From: Candidatus Obscuribacteraceae bacterium
GTDB taxonomy: Bacteria > Cyanobacteriota > Vampirovibrionia > Obscuribacterales > Obscuribacteraceae
Length of the DNA stretch: 64,000 nt
Assembly: GCA_044226015.1 (NCBI GenBank)
Contig: JBGAHS010000008.1
Span: 384,001-448,000, forward strand
Direction of reading: 5' to 3'
Shown here: piece by piece, positions 38,467 through 47,622 of the stretch
How the letters are laid out: each line of letters begins with the position of its first letter
Position numbering within the stretch: the first letter of the stretch is position 1
Made by a program: the position numbers and the translations under genes
Notes under the pieces: model-generated
Seen by the model: the letters and a program-made list of their open reading frames with translations, nothing else
The model's database searches: none
What the model was told of the DNA's origin: nothing

Positions 38467-39099
38467 ATGAAAACGCGTAGACTTAGCCAAATACAAAAAC
38501 TCCAGGTTTATGGCGCACTGGCCACAGTAGCAGTTCTGGCATTCGCAGCAAAAGTAAATGCATATCCTGAGTTCCAACAATTCGTTGAAACTCACTCGGG
38601 AAAATCAGTTAACTGCGCGCTATGCCACCAGAATGGAAATGGTCCATCAGGAAAAGAAGAGGGACAAGTAGGGTCGCTCAATGAAAAAGAACTTGCTGCA
38701 TTGAATTCAGCAAGAGGCGCCATAGAACCCGGAATGTTGAAGGCGGACAGCCCTATCCTTAACAAGTTTGGCAACAGCATAATGAGGTCGATTGGCAAGA
38801 AGAAATTTCTTGAGCTGCGAGAAAAGCCTGAACAGCTTGCTGAAGTTCTAGATAAAAAAAGCGATATCGATGAAGACGGAATTCCGGACGGACAAGAATA
38901 TCTAGACGGAACTGACCCAAGCAACAAAAATCATGGTGATCCGTTGAAGCTCTTTGCAGTGAACATCGACAGATACAAATCTCACCTGATTCTTGCGGGA
39001 CTGGCTGTCGTTTTTCTTGATTGGGGATTCGCCCACTTAATCATGGGATTCTATCGCAAGTCGCAAGCGAAAAAGCTAAAGCGCGGCGAAACGACATGA
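38467..39099 (+). CDS. Mono-heme membrane-anchored cytochrome c
   Basis: Signal peptide ending VNA, then YPEF...CALCH; DIDEDGIPDGQE Ca-binding-like loop; C-terminal TM with basic tail. Confidence 0.8.
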   Translation: MKTRRLSQIQKLQVYGALATVAVLAFAAKVNAYPEFQQFVETHSGKSVNCALCHQNGNGPSGKEEGQVGSLNEKELAALNSARGAIEPGMLKADSPILNKFGNSIMRSIGKKKFLELREKPEQLAEVLDKKSDIDEDGIPDGQEYLDGTDPSNKNHGDPLKLFAVNIDRYKSHLILAGLAVVFLDWGFAHLIMGFYRKSQAKKLKRGETT

Positions 39100-39171
39100 G
39101 GAGCCGATCTTGCAAAAAAAACAAGAGCTCGTTGAGTCCAGCCTTACTCGACAAATTCAGTGAGTCCAAAT

Positions 39172-39633
39172 TTAGTGACGTGCGCCAGGACGTCCACCGG
39201 GTTTGCTATCAGCTAATGGAATGCTTGAACAAAGTGGTGCCTTTGACTCCTGTACAAGTTCTGCCAGCGTTGAACTGGCAAAGGCAAGCTCAACTGCCGC
39301 CGTTGCTTCAGAAAGCCGTTTATGCAGTGGACACAAATTCATTCCGTGCGTTTCAAGTCCTAGAGGGCAAACGTCGATGCGTTTAATTGGGTCAACCGCG
39401 TTCACGATGTCGAGAACCGTTATTTCTTCTACTGGTCGTGACAAAACGAAGCCACCACCGATTCCTCTCTGCGAAATAACCAAATGTGAACGACCCAATT
39501 GCTGGAGGATTTTGCTCAAGTAGTGAACGGATACTTTGGTTGTTTCTGCTATTTGTTCAGCTGTAGCAGCCGAGCCGCGCATGGCTAGGAACACCATGGC
39601 TCTCAATGCATACTCAGCAGTTTGCGATATCAT
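39172..39633 (-). CDS. Rrf2-family transcriptional regulator
   Basis: MISQTAEYALRA, YLSKILQQL, SQRGIGGGF, CPLG...H...LCPLH. Confidence 0.93.
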   Translation of the reverse strand: MISQTAEYALRAMVFLAMRGSAATAEQIAETTKVSVHYLSKILQQLGRSHLVISQRGIGGGFVLSRPVEEITVLDIVNAVDPIKRIDVCPLGLETHGMNLCPLHKRLSEATAAVELAFASSTLAELVQESKAPLCSSIPLADSKPGGRPGARH

Positions 39634-39718
39634 CTTTTGCCTCTTTCAACACTTTCAATACATAAATAACAGATCCTTACCGTTTGCACAATTGACCAAG
39701 AGACTGAAAAGTTAATAG

Positions 39719-40828
39719 TCAGTAAGGCTGAACACTGTCTTGAAAAAGGCACAAATTGTCTTGAGAAAGATAGTCTCCTGATTCGGCAAAAGCACGAGCA
39801 CGCGAACCACCGCAAATCGCCTTGTAGCGGCATGTTCCGCACTTACCACGCAAAAGCGAAGGGTTCCGCAAATCTTTGAATAATTGCGATTCACGATATA
39901 TTTCCACAAGGCTTTGATCCCTCAAATTGCCTGCTGGGAGAGGGAGAAAGCCACTTGGACAAATATCTCCAGTATGAGAGATGAACAAAGTTCCTTTGCC
40001 ATCATTTACAGACTGATAGGAACGTAGTGCACCAAGTCGCATCTGGGGGCTCAGATCATCGAGATTATGATTAGATTGAGCCGAAAAAATGGTCTCTAGT
40101 AGAACTCTGCGAAACTGTGGAGCCGCAGTAGCTTTAACATCAAAGCTGGATGATACCGATAGTTCAGCCATCTTTTTCAAAACTTCTTCCGCTTGAGTGG
40201 CAGTGATTTGCATCTCTTGATGCGCTCTACCAGTAGGCACAACAAAGAACAAGCTCCACAAAACGGCAGCATTGAGTTCACTCACAAAGAAATGCATGTT
40301 GTCAAAATAATCAATGTTGTGTTTGCTTATGCTTGTGTTTATTTGGACTGGAATACCAAATTCTTTAGCCCACGAAATTATGTCCAAAGTTCGTGCAAAA
40401 CTTCCATCAATACGCCTGAACGCATCATGCAACTGAGCCGTGTGCCCGTCCATACTGATTGCGAGACGCTCGATTCCAGCCTCTGCCAACCTCAAGACAA
40501 CCTGTTCGGTAACTTTCGGCGTCGCACTTGGAGTGATGGCAACTTTGAAATTACGGCGCTTACATTCTTGAATTATTTCAAACAGATCTGGACGCTCAAG
40601 AGGATCGCCCCCAGTCAAAATTATTAGCGGATTATCAAATTCTTGAAGTTGATTCAACACCTGCTCTATCTCTTCGGTGCTCAATTCCTGAGCGGCCCGC
40701 CGCCTCTGTGCGCGCGCACGGCAGTGCTGACAAGCCAATCCGCAAGCCCTGGTCAATTCCCACAGAACTATGTAAGGGGATTGATCAAAACTCATTTTCT
40801 TGAACGAATTATTTGAATTTGTGCTCAC
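39719..40828 (-). CDS. Radical SAM/SPASM protein (TIGR04053/AhbD/NirJ-like)
   Basis: WELTRACGLACQHCRA, LTGGDPL, VPTGR, GKCGTCRYKAICGGSRARA; GTG 40828 with AGAGG RBS. Confidence 0.88.
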   Translation of the reverse strand: MSTNSNNSFKKMSFDQSPYIVLWELTRACGLACQHCRARAQRRRAAQELSTEEIEQVLNQLQEFDNPLIILTGGDPLERPDLFEIIQECKRRNFKVAITPSATPKVTEQVVLRLAEAGIERLAISMDGHTAQLHDAFRRIDGSFARTLDIISWAKEFGIPVQINTSISKHNIDYFDNMHFFVSELNAAVLWSLFFVVPTGRAHQEMQITATQAEEVLKKMAELSVSSSFDVKATAAPQFRRVLLETIFSAQSNHNLDDLSPQMRLGALRSYQSVNDGKGTLFISHTGDICPSGFLPLPAGNLRDQSLVEIYRESQLFKDLRNPSLLRGKCGTCRYKAICGGSRARAFAESGDYLSQDNLCLFQDSVQPY

Positions 40829-40996
40829 GTGAAGCCTCTTTGCACGGTTTGCTGCACGGTAACCATTATGTCTCAGGCTCGAGATCAGCAACCTCAGTCC
40901 AAAGATGGATACCTGTACGAAATGATAATTTCAGTCGAAAGACTACTCCCTAAGAACGATGAATCCATCTTACGGATAACCGACAATTGAAGGACA

Positions 40997-41016
40997 TTTG
41001 GACATCTTTGTCGTAT
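40997..41016. promoter_or_regulatory. Degenerate copy of the candidate Rrf2 operator upstream of narK
   Basis: ttGGACA-tctt-TGTCGta. Confidence 0.45.
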
Positions 41017-41080
41017 TTCAACACGACTTCAGAACCTTTAGAAATTCTGTACCCGTTCAAAAAAAAGAAGAAGAGAACCT

Positions 41081-42745
41081 ATGACTATTCAATCACCAAT
41101 TCCGAGTTCAGAATCGAGCCAGCCAGTCAGATCTGATCTAGGCAGATCTGATTTGATTGGCTGGAATCCTGAAGACGAAAATTTTTGGGAGAAGCAGGGA
41201 AAAAAAGTTGCCTTCCGCAACTTATGGATTTCCGTACCCTGCCTACTTTGCGCATTTGCGGTTTGGATGTACTGGAGCATTATTACAGTACAAATGCTAA
41301 ACCTCGGCTTCCCCTACACGAAAGCTGAACTCTTTACACTTTCATCAATCGCAGGGCTATCAGGCGCGACGCTGCGAATTCCTAGTACTTTCTTGATACG
41401 CATGTGTGGCGGCAGAAACACAATTTTCTTCAGCACTCTTTTATTGATTTTTCCAGCCCTGGGCACAGGTTTAGCATTGCAAGATACGAATACTCCGCTC
41501 TGGGTATTTCAAGCCATGGCATTGCTATCTGGACTCGGTGGTGGCAATTTTGCTTCATCAATGTCAAACATTTCATTCTTCTTTCCCAAGAAAATGCAAG
41601 GACTTTCGCTGGGACTAAACGCTGGCGTAGGGAACTTTGGTGTTACAACCATGCAAATACTGGTACCACTGGCAATGACCATGGGGTTGGCAGGGCAGCA
41701 TTCAATGACATTGAAATCTGCTAGCGGAACACTTATCGGAAAAATTCCAGCAGGCACGGAAACCTATATCCAAAATGCTGGATTCATCTGGGTTCTCATC
41801 CTCACTCCACTGGTCATACTCTCGTGGATGTTGATGAACAATATACGCGACGAGCACGTTTCACCGGACACCGGCTCACCCCTTTCAGCAATCTCACGAG
41901 CGGGTGGAATGCTTTCAATCGGTCTTTTGACATCAGCTCTTGGCGCATGGGCTCTCTTACCTGCAAAATCAGGTGGGCTCGGAGTCAATCAATGGCTGGT
42001 ATTACCGGCAGTTGTATTTGCTACAGTCGGTTTGATGAAACTGCTTCCAGGAAAAATAAGACCTATTCTTGAAAGACAGTACAAAGTGTTTGGCAACAAA
42101 CATACATGGATAATGACCATCATTTATACGATGACTTTCGGTAGCTTCATCGGGTATGCAGCGGCATTTCCGTTAGCTATTCAGACAATCTTCGGCTTCT
42201 GCCATGTCGCAGGAGCTGATGGAACGCTGACACACACCATGGCAAACCCAAATGCACCCAGCGCATTAACATACGCATGGATGGGCGCTTTTATCGGCGC
42301 ATTCATCAGACCTATCGGCGGATGGATTTCAGACAAGGTTGGCGGTGCCCTCGTTACACAAATCGCCTCGGTAGCGATGGTGGCAGGTGCACTAGGAAGC
42401 GCACATTACCTAAAACTCGCATACCAAAGCGCGACCCCCGAACAGTACTTCATGCCGTTCTTCCTCTTGTTCTTATTGCTCTTCCTAGCCTCAGGAACAG
42501 GAAATGGATCAACCTTCAGAAGCGTAGCTTACATATTCAACAAAGAACAAGCCGGACCCGTACTGGGCTGGACATCTGCGATAGCAGCATATGGTGCATT
42601 CATAATTCCGAAAGTGATAGGCGAACAAATTGAGCACGGAACGCCTGAATACGCACTTTACGGATTTGCTGTCTTCTATGTTGTTTGTGTAGTTCTGAAC
42701 TGGTGGTACTACCTCAGACCAGGCGCAGAATTCAAAAATCCATAG
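41081..42745 (+). CDS. narK: Nitrate/nitrite transporter, NarK2/NarU type
   Basis: WNPEDENFWE..G...A.RNLWIS, GGGNFASSM, TFGSFIG, GNGSTF. Confidence 0.93.
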   Translation: MTIQSPIPSSESSQPVRSDLGRSDLIGWNPEDENFWEKQGKKVAFRNLWISVPCLLCAFAVWMYWSIITVQMLNLGFPYTKAELFTLSSIAGLSGATLRIPSTFLIRMCGGRNTIFFSTLLLIFPALGTGLALQDTNTPLWVFQAMALLSGLGGGNFASSMSNISFFFPKKMQGLSLGLNAGVGNFGVTTMQILVPLAMTMGLAGQHSMTLKSASGTLIGKIPAGTETYIQNAGFIWVLILTPLVILSWMLMNNIRDEHVSPDTGSPLSAISRAGGMLSIGLLTSALGAWALLPAKSGGLGVNQWLVLPAVVFATVGLMKLLPGKIRPILERQYKVFGNKHTWIMTIIYTMTFGSFIGYAAAFPLAIQTIFGFCHVAGADGTLTHTMANPNAPSALTYAWMGAFIGAFIRPIGGWISDKVGGALVTQIASVAMVAGALGSAHYLKLAYQSATPEQYFMPFFLLFLLLFLASGTGNGSTFRSVAYIFNKEQAGPVLGWTSAIAAYGAFIIPKVIGEQIEHGTPEYALYGFAVFYVVCVVLNWWYYLRPGAEFKNP

Positions 42746-42753
42746 GTCACATA

Positions 42754-42789
42754 TGGCAAGGTCGGAGAAGAGATTCTGCGACCTTGCCA
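42754..42789 (+). terminator. Intergenic stem-loop between the narK genes
   Basis: tggcaaggtcg...cgaccttgcca, 11-bp stem without a strong T tail. Confidence 0.45.
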
Positions 42790-42837
42790 CCGCACATCAT
42801 GATTTAGTTCTTTGCTCACCACGAAAGAAGGTTTGAA

Positions 42838-44346
42838 ATGTCCGACGATGCAAAGGCAGTCTCAGTTCTGACTGTAAACACGCTCTCCTTTACGGTTTGC
42901 TTTGCTGCCTGGATGATGTATGGTGTCTTGATTACATACCTGGTTGATAATGGGCTTGTGCACTTCGACAAAGCGCAGCTCGGTTGGCTGATCGGTACGC
43001 CAGTTCTGACAGGCTCAATAATACGCTTGCCAGTCGGAATCTGGACTGACAGATATGGCGGGCGAATAGTATTTGCTTTAGTCATGTTGGTTTCAGCAGC
43101 ATCAATGTACTGCGTGAGTTTCTGCAACACCTTTACAGAATTCCTGATTGCTGCTCTTGGTTTTGGGCTTTCAGGCACAGCGTTTGCTGTGGGAATTGCT
43201 TACACTTCAGTCTGGTTTCCAAAAGAGAAACAGGGCACCGTGCTTGGTATCTTCGGCGCAGGAAACGCAGGCGCAGCCATTACAAGTTTCGGAGCGCCGC
43301 ACTTGCTCGCCTACCTTACTGACCACAACCACAATCTTGAAGGATGGCGCAACCTGCCAAAAGTTTATGCGGCAGCACTTGTGATAATGACTGTTATTTT
43401 CTGGCTATTCTCTTTTCCTAAGAAAGTTGACCACGGTAAGGGTTTCACTCTTGCCCAACAGCTAGCACCATTGAAGCATGTGCGCGTATGGCGATTTGGA
43501 CTCTACTACTTTTTCGTGTTCGGAGGATTCGTTGCACTATCTCAGTGGCTGATTCCATACTATCTAAATGTATATGCAATGAGTCTGGCTACGGCTGGCT
43601 TTTACGCCGCATGCTTCAGCTTGCCTTCAGGCGTAATCAGAGCATTTGGAGGATGGCTCTCTGACATGTGGGGTGCCCGCTCAGTCATGTATTGGGTGCT
43701 TTGTTCTTGCCTGATATGCTGCGCATTACTTTGCGTTCCGCGAATGGACATCATGTCTCCAGGAGAAGGAATTATGGCGCTAAAAGGCGGCACAGTCAGC
43801 TCGGTGACCGGCGCCTTAATAGAAGTAGGAGAACAAAAATACAAACTGCGTGAAAAACCAGCGCAAGATGTTCTGACGCAGGCGTCGCAAAACGAAAACA
43901 TGATCGTCTGGCCTACATTCACCTTCTGGCAAGAGCCTGCGGTTAAAGTCGGCGACACGATAGTGAAGAAACAACTGCTTGCCAGAGGCATCACTCACAT
44001 CTTTTTCCAGGCAAATGTCTGGATATTCACAGCCCTGGTACTGGTAGTCGGAGTTGCGACCGGCATAGGAAAAGCAGCCGTCTACAAGCATATTCCTGAT
44101 TACTTTCCATCCGATGTCGGTGTAGTTGGTGGCATCGTCGGCGTCATCGGGGGTCTTGGTGGCTGGGTCGGTCCAATTCTCTTCGGCATGATGCTTAATG
44201 CCACGGGAATCTGGACAACATGCTGGCTCTTCTTCTCAGTAATTATCGTAATGTGTTTAGTCTGGATGCACTGGACTATAACGCACATGATGAATGAGAG
44301 AGCTCCAGAAGTAGCACGCGCAATTGAGCTTGAAACTACGCCATAG
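42838..44346 (+). CDS. narK: Nitrate/nitrite transporter, NarK1 type
   Basis: FTVCFAAW, RLPVGIWTDRYGGR, FGAGNAG, YFFVFGGFVAL, GIGKAAVYK. Confidence 0.92.
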   Translation: MSDDAKAVSVLTVNTLSFTVCFAAWMMYGVLITYLVDNGLVHFDKAQLGWLIGTPVLTGSIIRLPVGIWTDRYGGRIVFALVMLVSAASMYCVSFCNTFTEFLIAALGFGLSGTAFAVGIAYTSVWFPKEKQGTVLGIFGAGNAGAAITSFGAPHLLAYLTDHNHNLEGWRNLPKVYAAALVIMTVIFWLFSFPKKVDHGKGFTLAQQLAPLKHVRVWRFGLYYFFVFGGFVALSQWLIPYYLNVYAMSLATAGFYAACFSLPSGVIRAFGGWLSDMWGARSVMYWVLCSCLICCALLCVPRMDIMSPGEGIMALKGGTVSSVTGALIEVGEQKYKLREKPAQDVLTQASQNENMIVWPTFTFWQEPAVKVGDTIVKKQLLARGITHIFFQANVWIFTALVLVVGVATGIGKAAVYKHIPDYFPSDVGVVGGIVGVIGGLGGWVGPILFGMMLNATGIWTTCWLFFSVIIVMCLVWMHWTITHMMNERAPEVARAIELETTP

Positions 44347-44420
44347 CTCATCACTCGTCTTTTCCAGGACAAACAACGGCAATTGTTCAATTCCAGGAAT
44401 CAAGTTTAACCAGCAGCGCA

Positions 44421-44462
44421 AGAGAAACTCGGACACGCAAATGCGTGTCCGATTTCTTTTCT
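44421..44462 (+). terminator. Intrinsic terminator after narK
   Basis: tcggacacgca-aa-tgcgtgtccga-tttctttt. Confidence 0.75.
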
Positions 44463-44472
44463 GCATATTCGC

Positions 44473-44623
44473 GGTTCAGCAAATCAATCCTGGTTTCAGT
44501 AAATCAATCCTGGTTCAGCGAATCGATCCTGGTTCAGCGAATCGATCCTGGTTCAGCAAATCGATCCCGGTTCAGCGAATCGATCCTGGTTCATATTATC
44601 AATCATGGTTCAGCGAATCAATC
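44473..44623 (-). repeat. 19-bp tandem array (8 copies) overlapping the cereblon-like gene stop
   Basis: Unit ggttcagcgaatcgatcct; last copy ggtTCAgcgaatcaatc is the gene end (LIR*). Confidence 0.92.
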
Positions 44624-44951
44624 GTTGCGCAATTAAACCAACGAATTTACTTTTACCCCTGTACCACCAACCAAGATGATTATTGCATTGACGGCAAACA
44701 GCAAACGACCAATCATATCCCACAAACCAACTCGCCTCAGGAGTGGGCTCACCAATGTCGGCCGCACCTGGCGCCTCGGAGAAACAGAGCACGTGAAATG
44801 AATATCCAGCAGGGTTGCGGAAGGTATGCTCATGGGGTTGAATAGCAGCGCCTGGGGTGGTTATTTCAAAATCACAGGCTTTGCAGCGGACGACTTTCTT
44901 CTCTTCCGTGTTGGTCTTCTCTTCAAGTTCAATCGAAAAGCCTGTGCTCAT
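44610..44951 (-). CDS. Cereblon-family (CULT/thalidomide-binding domain) protein
   Basis: CKAC, TFRNPAG..F, SWFVGYDW, CRQC..HLGWWY, FVGLI. Confidence 0.92.
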   Translation of the reverse strand: MSTGFSIELEEKTNTEEKKVVRCKACDFEITTPGAAIQPHEHTFRNPAGYSFHVLCFSEAPGAADIGEPTPEASWFVGYDWSFAVCRQCNNHLGWWYRGKSKFVGLIAQRLIR

Positions 44952-44968
44952 AAATCAATAGTGAAGCA

Positions 44969-46960
44969 TCAAATCAGTTTGACTATACCCAGTGCAGCCA
45001 GAGCTTTCAAAATGGCTATGAAAGCCGAGGACAATGATTCACCAGCAATGGCGCCTGATGCTACAGGAACGGTGTATCCTTCGGCAGTTTTGGCATGAAC
45101 CTTCTTCCATATCGACGCAATGCTTGCACCAATCATAAAAGCAAGAGCGTTTTGGAAAGGCATTACCCAGGCGAGTCCCAAGCCCATTGCAGATGGCGTA
45201 AACTTTTTCCACTTTGGAAAGTAGTGATCGACAAGAGTCAAGGCAAACCCTAACGCGAGTCCAATCATTATGGCGGCCTGCGCTGACTTGGGAATAGAAT
45301 CAATGCCATGCGCCAGAGCCTGTGCAACGGCTTTCCAGATGTTGGTTGCTGGTGGGTCGTAACTCTCAAGCACTTGTTTTGAGGGAATCATCAAATACCA
45401 AGCAGGCACAACAGCGATGACACCAAAGAAGACACCAGACAATTGCGCAAAGAACTGCTTACGCGGATTAGCCCCAAGCAAATACCCGCTCTTCAAGTCG
45501 GTTAGCAAGTCAGCCGAAGCGATAGCAGTGTTTGCGGTCACACTTGCTGTCATCAAATTGGCGGTGATGTTATTGGGACACAAAACAGCAAAGGTGAGCT
45601 GTGAAACTTTTCCCATGGCCCCTGTCGGTGTAATGTCAGTTTCACCTGTTGCCCGGCATGCCACCAGCGCCAGTGCGAAACTCATCACCACCGCAAAAAG
45701 TCCCAAATGCGGCGAGATATTGAACGCAAAATACATAACGATTGCCAACAAAATGGCAAACGGTAAAGCACCAAGAATGCACCACTTAATCGGAACTTCC
45801 ATCTGGTTTAGCTTTGCCATTTCGAGTTGATCGCCCGAGAGTTCGCTAGAGGTATTCACGTTCTGAAAGGTTCTAACTATGGTCTTCCACTGCAAAGCGA
45901 AAGCCGTCAAGCCAGAGGCAACCATAATCGCGGTTCCACCCCATAGTGCCCAACCAGAAATAATTTTTGCACCAGACTCAATGTCGTGACTGGCTACAAG
46001 GCCAGGTCCTAAACAGAAATAGAGAAAACATGCGCTTATGAACATGGAGAATGACACTCGCATTCCAACAATCATTCCTGCTGCGATGAGCAATACGCTT
46101 GGTTCAAAACCGAACCCGCGCAGAGTCTCCATTTTGAAACCTTGAAAGGTAATGGGAAATGGTATCAGTTCTGGAAGCTTGAAGTTAATCGCCTTTTGCC
46201 ACGCCCACTCACCCTTGCTAGCGATTCCTACCAAAGCCCCAATCACAAGCGTTACGACAAGCGAATAAGCCTGGTAGACAGCTTCTTTCGAACCACCATA
46301 CAAACTCTTTAAAGTTTCAGCAGCGGCTATTCCACTAGGAAAAGGAAGCTGCTCTTTATTAATCATCTGGCGCTTCATCGGAACAGCGAGCATCACACCA
46401 AGCATTGCAGTAGCGAATGTCCAAATCGCACAGATCTCCCAGGGCAAGTGCTTTCCTTCAATCAATAGGTAGGCACCAAATGCCATACCAATGGTTGAGC
46501 CAGTGGAGTATCCGGCGGCACTGGCTGTGGATTGCATGCAGTTACTTTCGAGGATGCTCATCTGAGTGATTTTGGGAATCAACACCATAAATGTTCGCCA
46601 GATCACAAAAGAAAGAACGCAAGCGGTGATAGCAACACCGAAGCCCCAGCCCAATTTGATGTGCGTGTACAAATTGGAGATAGCCATCATCATGCCAAGA
46701 AAACCACCCATCAGCACTGCGCGGGGCGTCAACTGCGCCACCTGGTCGCCTTGATAGATATTGCGATACCAGTGAAGCTCTCGATCTTCGTAATTCTCAG
46801 AGGCTTCCTTCTCATGTTGGACAATTTGCGCGTCCTGCAAGTCGGGCGACAGCTCACGAGCCTCATCAACAGAACCACTCAATTCAGAAATGGCCTCATC
46901 TTTGTACACAACATTGATGTCGCCTTCTTTTGCTGAATCTTGCTCATCTCCCTGGTTCAC
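44969..46960 (-). CDS. OPT-family oligopeptide transporter
   Basis: QLTPRAV, LESNCMQSTASAAG, LPFPSG.AAAETL, GETDITP, DLKSGYLLGANPR, ASGAIAGES. Confidence 0.93.
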   Translation of the reverse strand: MNQGDEQDSAKEGDINVVYKDEAISELSGSVDEARELSPDLQDAQIVQHEKEASENYEDRELHWYRNIYQGDQVAQLTPRAVLMGGFLGMMMAISNLYTHIKLGWGFGVAITACVLSFVIWRTFMVLIPKITQMSILESNCMQSTASAAGYSTGSTIGMAFGAYLLIEGKHLPWEICAIWTFATAMLGVMLAVPMKRQMINKEQLPFPSGIAAAETLKSLYGGSKEAVYQAYSLVVTLVIGALVGIASKGEWAWQKAINFKLPELIPFPITFQGFKMETLRGFGFEPSVLLIAAGMIVGMRVSFSMFISACFLYFCLGPGLVASHDIESGAKIISGWALWGGTAIMVASGLTAFALQWKTIVRTFQNVNTSSELSGDQLEMAKLNQMEVPIKWCILGALPFAILLAIVMYFAFNISPHLGLFAVVMSFALALVACRATGETDITPTGAMGKVSQLTFAVLCPNNITANLMTASVTANTAIASADLLTDLKSGYLLGANPRKQFFAQLSGVFFGVIAVVPAWYLMIPSKQVLESYDPPATNIWKAVAQALAHGIDSIPKSAQAAIMIGLALGFALTLVDHYFPKWKKFTPSAMGLGLAWVMPFQNALAFMIGASIASIWKKVHAKTAEGYTVPVASGAIAGESLSSAFIAILKALAALGIVKLI

Positions 46961-47120
46961 GACATTTCCTCATAGTTCGCGGCAATGCGGCACAAGTCCG
47001 ATCTCAAGAGTGGACCACGCCCTGGATAATAGCGAACAATTATAGATGGAAAAGGCTGATTTTGTGTCCTGAGACAAGCTCGCACGGCAAGCTTAAGTAC
47101 GAATCATCAGAATCCACGCC

Positions 47121-47603
47121 TTATTTGGAACTCGGAATGAATCGAACAAAAATCGCTATCAGCATGATCAACATGGTAATCGATTGAGACATCAGCACCA
47201 TAGTAAAACCAAAGCCGCCCGACAACATGGCACAGACAAGAAGCATTGCAAGCACAGCACCACCGAGAACGAAACCCATCTGAACATTACGTGACACCGC
47301 ATCTAGTGCCAGTTTGTTCAAGCCTTCTGCAATCATAACGCCAAATATCGCCGCGAGAAGCCAACTCAAACTGTTTGCCCCTACGTATGCAAGAAGACCA
47401 AATGCAATGAACGTATAGCAAATAGCAGCAGCCTCAAGGCGCAAAAATTGATTGGATTTGATTACCTGCCGTTTTTTCGGCGCGCAACGAGAACAAAACA
47501 ACGAACTTCCCGTGGCAGTCAGACAGTCACGACAAATCTCGCGCTTGCACTGAAAGCACTTTAACTCGGTTCTGCCACATCTGTGTCCAAAAAGTTTCAG
47601 CAT
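47121..47603 (-). CDS. Zn-finger (B-box-like) plus multi-TM hypothetical protein
   Basis: HRCG...CFQCKREICRDC...CSRC then four hydrophobic segments; start uncertain. Confidence 0.65.
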   Translation of the reverse strand: MLKLFGHRCGRTELKCFQCKREICRDCLTATGSSLFCSRCAPKKRQVIKSNQFLRLEAAAICYTFIAFGLLAYVGANSLSWLLAAIFGVMIAEGLNKLALDAVSRNVQMGFVLGGAVLAMLLVCAMLSGGFGFTMVLMSQSITMLIMLIAIFVRFIPSSK

Positions 47604-47622
47604 CAGAACATACTCGCAAAAG

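Noticed and set aside
18700..44400. Island as a mobile element
   Set aside because: No integrase, transposase, tRNA or flanking direct repeats recognised.
44324..44845. 173-aa plus-strand ORF
   Set aside because: Runs through a terminator, a tandem array and antisense to the cereblon-like gene.
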